DNA of 64,000 nt. Origin: Planctomycetota bacterium (GTDB lineage Bacteria > Planctomycetota > B15-G4). The position numbers were made by a program, and so were the translations under genes. This document shows positions 57,764 to 64,000 of the stretch, piece after piece (position 1 is the first letter of the stretch; each line of letters begins with the position of its first letter). The notes beneath the pieces are model-generated. The model had not been told where the DNA came from. It worked only from the letters and a program-made list of their open reading frames with translations, and did no database searches. The DNA lies in the NCBI GenBank assembly GCA_965248575.1, contig CBDFJQ010000002.1:128001-192000 (forward strand), written 5' to 3'.

Positions 57764-58837
57764 CTACTTGTTGGCGGGTTCCGGCTGATGCGCGAGGCCA
57801 TCGTTGCGCGCCTTGTGCATCTGCTGCGCAAGCGTGGAGCCAGCGATGGAACCTTGCATGAGCGGCGTTCCCTCGAACACGTTGAAGGGGTCGGCGGTCG
57901 TGCCCAGCAGCTCCTTGCTGTAGTTGCGCCCGGACTTGCTGTTGTTTTCTTCCCACTGCTTGTCGCAGGTTTCGAGCAGGCAGAAGCTCTTGTGCTTGAT
58001 GAACTGGTCGTACATCCGCTTGTGGATGGGGGCCAGGGCTTCCTCGTGCATGTTGCCGTAGATGGCGTGGATGCGATCGCACGTCATGACGTCACCGTCG
58101 TTGGTGACGTACAGCTTGTGGGTGCCTGCGGGGCAGCGGTTCTTGCCGCTCCAGAACATGTTGTCTTCGCGGCAGCGCGGGTGGTAGCGCATCTTCCAGT
58201 AGTACTCGCTGTCCAGTCCGATGTTGTTGTAGATCATCGGGTAGTTGAACAGGACGGAGAAGTTGTCCTCCTCGGCCATCTTGAAGGCGTGCTCGATGTT
58301 GCCGCGCTCGCTCTCGATGTTGACCACGGAGAGCGTGACCGAGATACCCTTCTCCACGCAGTAGCGTGCGAGGTCACGCTTGAAGCTCTTGAGATAGTAG
58401 TCCCCATAGCTCATCTGGATGGTCGACAGGCCCGCTTCCTTGAGCATGTCGATCTTCTCTTCGGTGAGTAGCGTGCTGTTGGTCACGAGCGAGACGACGA
58501 CGTCCTTCGGGATGGCATCCACGACGTCGTAGATGTCCTTGCGGACCATGGGTTCGCCGCCTGTCACGTTCACGTGGATCATGCCCAGTGCGTGGGCTTC
58601 GCGTGTGATGCGTGCCACGTCGGCGACCGACATGTTCGGCGGCTTCTGCTGGGCCTTCATGAGATCTTCCGCATAGCAGAAGTCGCAATCGAAGTTGCAG
58701 ATCCAGGTGACGGCCAGTTCCAGCGAGCGCAGCGTGCGGATGCCTGCGCGCATCTTGGCTTCTGATGCCAGGATGCGAGCCCCCTGGGTGGGGTTCTTGA
58801 CGCCGAGTTGGAACTGCTTGATGGCCTTGCGAAGCAT
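57764..58837 (-). CDS. Radical SAM protein with Twitch/SPASM-like C-terminus
   Basis: CNFDCDFC, TGGEP, VTNS, CPAG...GDVMTC. Confidence 0.9.
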   Translation of the reverse strand: MLRKAIKQFQLGVKNPTQGARILASEAKMRAGIRTLRSLELAVTWICNFDCDFCYAEDLMKAQQKPPNMSVADVARITREAHALGMIHVNVTGGEPMVRKDIYDVVDAIPKDVVVSLVTNSTLLTEEKIDMLKEAGLSTIQMSYGDYYLKSFKRDLARYCVEKGISVTLSVVNIESERGNIEHAFKMAEEDNFSVLFNYPMIYNNIGLDSEYYWKMRYHPRCREDNMFWSGKNRCPAGTHKLYVTNDGDVMTCDRIHAIYGNMHEEALAPIHKRMYDQFIKHKSFCLLETCDKQWEENNSKSGRNYSKELLGTTADPFNVFEGTPLMQGSIAGSTLAQQMHKARNDGLAHQPEPANK

Positions 58838-58906
58838 GTGGTGGGTCCGGAGGTGTGGCCCGCGTAGGAGGGTCGACGCGGGAGGGGACAACTAGTCTAT
58901 CCCGCT

Positions 58907-59500
58907 CTACTCTCTGTCGAGGAAGATCACGCCATCAATGACGCCATTACGGAGCGCGTCGTCGGTTGACATGTCGAGGGCAGTGGGAATCCTCTTTTCG
59001 GCCCAGTCGGCGTCATGGTTGAGGAATCGCCCCAAGTAGGCGTTCTCGAGTCGCCTGCACAGCTCCACGTACTTCTCGTCGGGGGGCGGTAGATAGCTGT
59101 CCTCATCGCGCTCTGGGGGCTCGTCCCAGACCATGCGATGGATCAGCAGGACCGAGTTCTCGAAAGCCGTCCTGACCCCTGTGCCGGCCATGAGGATGAT
59201 GCAGGCGGCACTTTGAGCGAAGCCCATGCAGACGGTGTTCACCCGGCAGGGGATGCCGTGCATGGCATTGATGATGGCGCAGGCGGCCTCCACATCACCA
59301 CCTGTGCTGTTGATCAGCACATCGATGGGCTCGGAGGGGCTCTCCTCGGACAGCTCAAGCAGGCGGTTGACCGCTTGTTCTGCCTTGGCGCCGGTGATGT
59401 CCCCGAACAAGAAGATGCGGCGTGGGCCAGAAAATGACTGCCGGCGGGCTTTTTGATCGGTGTAGGAGGGGTCAGGGCCCCCCGGCGCTCGTTCCTTCAT
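58907..59500 (-). CDS. Divergent ClpP-like protease subunit
   Basis: RIFLFGDI, INSTGG, AQSAA, LIH, GVIDGV. Confidence 0.8.
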   Translation of the reverse strand: MKERAPGGPDPSYTDQKARRQSFSGPRRIFLFGDITGAKAEQAVNRLLELSEESPSEPIDVLINSTGGDVEAACAIINAMHGIPCRVNTVCMGFAQSAACIILMAGTGVRTAFENSVLLIHRMVWDEPPERDEDSYLPPPDEKYVELCRRLENAYLGRFLNHDADWAEKRIPTALDMSTDDALRNGVIDGVIFLDRE

Positions 59501-59638
59501 GCGGGGAGTGTACCCTTTCGCCCGCTTTGGCTGCGCTGCGGCCCAGGCCTTCGCAGCCTGAATGAGGGCGAGCGAGGCCACGTTGCCAGCCTCAAGGCCT
59601 GCTGACCCACGAGAGCTCCCAAGACGCAGAGAAGCACC

Positions 59639-60064
59639 ATGCCGCCCGCTGAGTCGACACCGAACACCGAGCCGGAGGCCCAGGACCCTGACCGCCGCGG
59701 CGATGCAGCGGAGGGTGGGAAGCGACTCGAGGCCGTGCGCATCTGCCCGGCGAACGAGTTGCCGGAGGGCGGGGTCACGAAGGAGGTCGTGGGCGGTCGG
59801 CATCTGGCTGTCGCGCGCCATGAGGGAAGGCTCTACGGCTTCAGCGCGATCTGCCCTCACATGCGCCATGATCTCTCCGAGGGCTTCCTCGCGGAGGACG
59901 GCATCACCTGCAGCAGCCACCTTTGGAACTTCCGCCTGTCTGATGGCTCCTGCGCCTTGGTCCCCGAAGCCTCGATCCCGGTCTTCGAAGCACAGGAGCT
60001 GGACGGCTGGGTGGTTCTCTTGGTGCCGCCCCAGGAGCAGAACCCCGAGCAGTCCCGGTGGTGA
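59639..60064 (+). CDS. Rieske [2Fe-2S] ferredoxin
   Basis: CPH...CSSH ligand pairs. Confidence 0.88.
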   Translation: MPPAESTPNTEPEAQDPDRRGDAAEGGKRLEAVRICPANELPEGGVTKEVVGGRHLAVARHEGRLYGFSAICPHMRHDLSEGFLAEDGITCSSHLWNFRLSDGSCALVPEASIPVFEAQELDGWVVLLVPPQEQNPEQSRW

Positions 60065-60735
60065 AGGACGTGCAGACGGGGCGGGGTCCGCGGGGCCTAC
60101 GGGACGTCTTCCGCTTGCGCTCCTCAACACCTGCGGCATGGGCCGCGTGTGCAGCGCGCGACGTCCTGGCCTTGCTCTCGGACCACGCGCACTGCGAGCT
60201 CAAGGCAGGCGCCAACGCCATGACCATGCTCAAGCGCAATCCCAACCGACCAGGTTTGGCCCTGCGCCTCGCTCCGCTCATCAAGGAGGAGTGCGAGCAC
60301 CTTCATCGCGTGCTGAGGGAGCTGGACGCGCGCGGTGCGACCCTGGGCCAGGACGCACCGAACCCGTGGGCGTCGGGTCTGCACGCAGCGGCTCGCTCCA
60401 TGCCAGATCCCGCCGTTGAGCACAGCGGTTTCCTGGACATCCTGCTCATTTCGGCATTGATCGAAATGCGCTCCCACGAACGGTTCGAGCGCCTTGCAGC
60501 CTGTCGAGAACTCGCCGATTTGCGGGGGCTCTACGCTTCGCTGTGCGAGGCAGAAGCCCGTCACGCCACGCTCTTCACCGAGCTGGCACTGGAGATCTTT
60601 CCAGAAGGCCTGGTTGCCGAGCGATTCGACGTCCTGGCGCAGGAAGAGAGCTCCCTCATGCAGCAGCTGCCACCGGCGTCTCGGGTGCACTCCGGCCACG
60701 CAGGCCTTGAGTCAGGCCTGGAGGCGACGCGCTAG
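60058..60735 (+). CDS. miaE: tRNA-(ms2io6A) hydroxylase MiaE-like di-iron protein
   Basis: DHAHCELKA, EECEH, IEMRSHERF, EARH. Confidence 0.88.
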   Translation: MVKDVQTGRGPRGLRDVFRLRSSTPAAWAACAARDVLALLSDHAHCELKAGANAMTMLKRNPNRPGLALRLAPLIKEECEHLHRVLRELDARGATLGQDAPNPWASGLHAAARSMPDPAVEHSGFLDILLISALIEMRSHERFERLAACRELADLRGLYASLCEAEARHATLFTELALEIFPEGLVAERFDVLAQEESSLMQQLPPASRVHSGHAGLESGLEATR

Positions 60736-61334
60736 AGCTGCGACTTCATGTCGGGTTCCAGGTCGACCCCCAAGCCATCTGCGATGCGGTTGATGTAAGC
60801 GAAGTAGGCGGCCACCTGTGCGGCGTCGTGGATGGCTCGGTCATCCAGGCCGACCTCCCGCAGGGCCTGGACGTGCTCTGGCCCCATGTCACCGGGGTTG
60901 AGTGTCAGGCGTTCTGCGTATTGGAGGATTGCCCTCAGCCGAGCACCCGGCGCCGCTTCGCTGCCTTGCGCCGCGATGTCATGGGCGACGCTGCGCGGGT
61001 CCAGCCCCGAGAAGGAAGATTCTGAATCCGATTGCTTGCCCATCTCGATCTCGACCTCGGCACGGAGGTCTTCTTCATGAGCGGACACTCAGTAGAAGCA
61101 GTCGTTGGCGCGGCTCACTGTCACGGCGATCGCTTCGCGCTCCGCACGCGAGAGGGGGGACGGTCCCAGGACGACGCTGCCGTACAGCTTCATGGAGGCA
61201 TCGAGGACCGCGGGGTTCGGGCTCTGGATGCGGAGGATTTCGTAGACTCGGCCTGCACGGGCGATGGCTGCTTCGTAGAGGCCAGCCAGTCGTCCCTTCG
61301 CTTCGTCTGGAGGAACCGTTTCGATGAATGCCAT
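60732..61334 (-). CDS. AhpD/carboxymuconolactone decarboxylase-family peroxidase-related protein, predicted selenoprotein (in-frame UGA at 61089-61091)
   Basis: EREAIAVTVSRANDCFY-UGA-VSAH continues in frame to ...FAYINRIADGLGV (200 aa); UGA sits at the second Cys of the family CxxC motif. Confidence 0.85.
61053..61070 (-). promoter_or_regulatory. Candidate bacterial SECIS hairpin
   Basis: GACCTC-CGTGCC-GAGGTC starting 18 nt after the UGA; G at the second loop position followed by U. Confidence 0.65.
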
Positions 61335-62202
61335 GGTTGGGAGTCTACCCGCGCTGGCCTCGCCGTCGCACGTCTTGGGTCGCTTGGGGCGTCAGGTCCT
61401 GAGGGCCAGTGCGTGTGTGCTCGCCGTCGGCTTCGTTGCTTGCAGCGACAGCGGAGCGAGCTCGGATTCGGGGTCATCTCCATCCAGGGCTGCGCAACAG
61501 GGGGCAAACAGCGCCCCAGCCTCCAAGCGCAAGGAGCACAAGACTGTCGACCCCGCCACGGTGGGATCTCTTTCGGGGCTGGTCACGACCGTCGGCACGC
61601 CCCCGACCCAGAAGCCGCTGTCCATGACCAGCGAATCGTTCTGTGTGCAGAGCCATCTGGACTCTGGCGGCTTGGTGGATACGCGGATCTCGGTGACCGA
61701 CGGACGCCTCTTGAATGCCTTCGTTTGGGTGAAAGATGGCCTGGATGACTACGACTTCGAGGCCAGCGAAGACACGTTTCAGTTCGACCAGGTGGGCTGC
61801 ATGTACACGCCTCGTGTTGCAGGCATCCAGAAGGGGCAGAAGGTCTTCGTGTCCAACAGCGATGCCGTCATGCACAACGTTCACACGCACCCCGAACGGA
61901 ATCGTCCGCAGAACATTGCCCAACCGGCAGGGACACCGCCCCGAGAGCTCAACTTCCGGAAGGACGAAGTCATGGTCCGCATTGCCTGCGACGTCCACGC
62001 CTGGATGTCTGCCTGGATCGGCATCGTGGACCACCCGTTTTTCGCAGTCACCGGGCCCGACGGTTCCTATCGCTTCGAAGGGCTTCCGCCAGGTGACTAC
62101 ACCCTGGGCGTCTGGCACGAGAAGCTTGGTGAACAGGAGGTCCAGGTCAGCCTCGAGGCGAACGCTGAGGTGACGGCGACCGACGCGACGTTCAACTTCT
62201 AG
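61324..62202 (+). CDS. Lipoprotein with cupredoxin-like and carboxypeptidase-regulatory-like domains (start uncertain, probably downstream)
   Basis: FVAC lipobox; DQVGCMY, HNVH, CDVHAWM; TGPDGSY...PPGDYTL. Confidence 0.8.
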   Translation: MNAMVGSLPALASPSHVLGRLGRQVLRASACVLAVGFVACSDSGASSDSGSSPSRAAQQGANSAPASKRKEHKTVDPATVGSLSGLVTTVGTPPTQKPLSMTSESFCVQSHLDSGGLVDTRISVTDGRLLNAFVWVKDGLDDYDFEASEDTFQFDQVGCMYTPRVAGIQKGQKVFVSNSDAVMHNVHTHPERNRPQNIAQPAGTPPRELNFRKDEVMVRIACDVHAWMSAWIGIVDHPFFAVTGPDGSYRFEGLPPGDYTLGVWHEKLGEQEVQVSLEANAEVTATDATFNF

Positions 62203-62230
62203 GAAGCAGATCGCTCAGAGGTAATGCCTC

Positions 62231-62282
62231 AAACGACGACGGCCCGCCAGGGATCTCTCCCGGGCGGGCCGTCGCTGTGTTC
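62231..62282. terminator. Bidirectional terminator-like hairpin between convergent genes
   Basis: CGACGGCCCGCC (62237-62248) pairs with GGCGGGCCGTCG (62263-62274). Confidence 0.7.
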
Positions 62283-62305
62283 CGGCCGAGACCGGACGCT
62301 TTGCC

Positions 62306-62935
62306 TCAGTCGATCGGCTTGAAGTCCTTGCCGACCGACGGGCCCACCTTGTGGATGAAGAGCCAGGCCACGGCCAGGCCGACCACGGTCACGACGGCGG
62401 CGTTCACGAGGAACGGGCCGGTGGTGGTGAGGTGGTTGGCTGCGCCCATGGCGAACAGCAGCGGAATGGACAGGTAGGTGTTCACCCGGGAGCAGTTCGT
62501 GGCGGTCTTGGCCCAGGCGGCCTTCTCGGGCGGGTTCTCGCCCTTGATGGTGGCGCTGATGATCTTCTGCTGGCGCGGCCAGATCATGAACCACACATTG
62601 AATGCCATGATGCTGCCGTACACGAAGCCCATGGTGATCCACTGGCCGCGGGTGTTCTCGGTGATCCAGTTCATGGTGCCGTCCGGGTCTTCCCGGGCGA
62701 GCACTCCGTAGGCGTAGATCACGCCGGTCAACCACGTGAAGGCGGCACCCCAGCGGAACCACCAGAGCGTGCGGGGCATGAGTTGGGGCAAGACCTTCGA
62801 GCGCACTTCGGGCTCGAGGGAATTCATGAACGGGCCGTTCATGAAGTTGTAGAACCAGAGCAGGCCAATCCAGGTGATGCCGGCCAGGAAGTGGACCCAA
62901 CGAAGGGTCATTCCGAGATCAGAGAGGACTTCCAC
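62306..62935 (-). CDS. PuuD/urate oxidase N-terminal-like membrane protein without a cytochrome c domain
   Basis: AAGGAG RBS and GTG start; RWVHFLAGITWIG, FRWGA, MAFNVWFMIWPRQ, SRVNTYLSIP. Confidence 0.8.
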   Translation of the reverse strand: MEVLSDLGMTLRWVHFLAGITWIGLLWFYNFMNGPFMNSLEPEVRSKVLPQLMPRTLWWFRWGAAFTWLTGVIYAYGVLAREDPDGTMNWITENTRGQWITMGFVYGSIMAFNVWFMIWPRQQKIISATIKGENPPEKAAWAKTATNCSRVNTYLSIPLLFAMGAANHLTTTGPFLVNAAVVTVVGLAVAWLFIHKVGPSVGKDFKPID

Positions 62936-63245
62936 GGTGGGCTCCTTCAGAAACGGCGATGTGAGAATGATGACGGGTAGAGGCAGCGAAGGCCTGGGGC
63001 GAGTGCTGCTGACGAGCGAAACCGGACCAACCCCCCGGTGCGTCTTCTGATGCCTCTGCGAGTGGGCTCGCAATCGCTCGGAATCATGCCGGGCCGCCCT
63101 GAGGAGATCAATCACCGCCTGCCCCCGTGCGCGAGCTGATCGTGCTGCCGAGAACGAGCTTTCGCTGCCCTGACTTGACCTGTGAGTCAGGCGAGCGTCC
63201 ACGATGCTCTGGTATGCGAATCCGTGAATCGAAGGGTGGTCCACC

Positions 63246-63980
63246 ATGAAGCTGGCACGAATCGCTGGCGAACGGATCGGTGCCATCATTCCGGCGCTGA
63301 ATGAAGAGGCGTCCATCGGTCTCGTGCTGGGGGATCTTCCTGCCGGTCTCGGGCAAGTCGTCGTGGCGGACAATGGATCCACTGATGCCACAGCGGGGGT
63401 GGCCAGGGCGGCGGGCGCGCAGGTCGTGGAGGCGCGCCGCCGGGGTTATGGGTCCGCATGCCTCGCGGGCCTCGCCGCCCTCTCGCCCCACGTCGAGGTG
63501 ATCGTGTTCCTGGACGGGGACTACAGCGATCACCCCGACGAGCTTCCCCAACTGATCGCGCCGATTCTCGCCGGTCAGGCAGATCTGGTGATCGGTTCGC
63601 GAGCCCTTGGCGACGCCGAACGGGGCTCCATGTTGCCGCAACAACGATTCGGTAACTGGCTGGCGACGCGAATGATCAGGGTCTTGTTCGGTCACCGTTA
63701 CACCGACCTCGGTCCCTTTCGCGCCCTGCGGCGTTCGACGCTGGAGAGGCTCCAATTGCGGGACCCGACCTACGGCTGGACCGTGGAGATGCAGATCCGG
63801 GCCCTGCAGGAAGGGCTGGCCGTCACGGAGGTTCCGGTGAGCTACCGCTGCCGTGTGGGCCGCTCGAAGATCGCCGGAACCGTGCGCGGCACGATTGGTG
63901 CCGGGGTCAAGATCCTGTGGACGGTGTTCTGGCTACGGTGCCGCGGTCCAGCCCGCTCTGCGCCCGGAAGCTCGGCCTAG
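63246..63980 (+). CDS. GT2-family glycosyltransferase
   Basis: IIPALNEE, DNGSTD, GYGSAC, FLDGD, TDLGPFRA. Confidence 0.92.
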   Translation: MKLARIAGERIGAIIPALNEEASIGLVLGDLPAGLGQVVVADNGSTDATAGVARAAGAQVVEARRRGYGSACLAGLAALSPHVEVIVFLDGDYSDHPDELPQLIAPILAGQADLVIGSRALGDAERGSMLPQQRFGNWLATRMIRVLFGHRYTDLGPFRALRRSTLERLQLRDPTYGWTVEMQIRALQEGLAVTEVPVSYRCRVGRSKIAGTVRGTIGAGVKILWTVFWLRCRGPARSAPGSSA

Positions 63981-64000
63981 AAGACACCCGCGCGACAACG

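Noticed and set aside
61332..61335. Divergent start codons overlapping in CATG
   Set aside because: The lipoprotein start is uncertain and probably lies further downstream, nearer the lipobox, so the overlap may be an ORF-calling artefact
62936..63245. Possible riboswitch upstream of the PuuD-like gene
   Set aside because: I could not match any known riboswitch consensus; only a weak 7-bp dyad (63169-63191) is visible
1..64000. Mobile elements, prophage, defence systems, tRNA/rRNA
   Set aside because: No transposase, integrase, phage, restriction/Cas or structural RNA signatures were recognised by eye

Overview
High-GC bacterial chromosomal window with about 60 protein genes. I found no rRNA, tRNA, CRISPR array or mobile element. 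Gene content (ECF sigma plus Ser/Thr kinase, FG-GAP surface protein, DUF1549/1553-like and DUF1501-like proteins, many AlkP-fold enzymes) suggests a Planctomycetota-type organism; this is inference only. Housekeeping genes include queF, thiO, aqpZ, fabI, sfsA, ygfZ-like, mutY, deoC, a lipA-E1a-E1b-E2-E1a-lpdA-lipB 2-oxoacid dehydrogenase operon, mazG, clpS, a clpP-like gene and miaE. The best candidate for an undescribed system is the minus-strand cluster at about 200-9970. It pairs PAPS synthesis (sat, cysC) with three alkaline-phosphatase-superfamily enzymes predicted on opposite sides of the membrane, an EMC3/TMCO1/DUF106-like membrane protein and two ribbon-helix-helix proteins, but has no recognisable sulfotransferase or reductase. 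Four unrelated proteins in it end in the same 'LxxLGY[LI]'-type tail that the enzymes lack. The second highlight is a hidden selenoprotein: two apparent ORFs at 60732-61334 read as one AhpD/CMD-family gene with an in-frame UGA (C-F-Y-U) and a SECIS-like hairpin. Also notable are a 10-heme cytochrome/LVIVD/EF-hand fusion operon, duplicated E1-alpha genes, a Rieske-MiaE pair and several operator-like palindromes. All family calls come from motif recognition by eye; no database searches were run.
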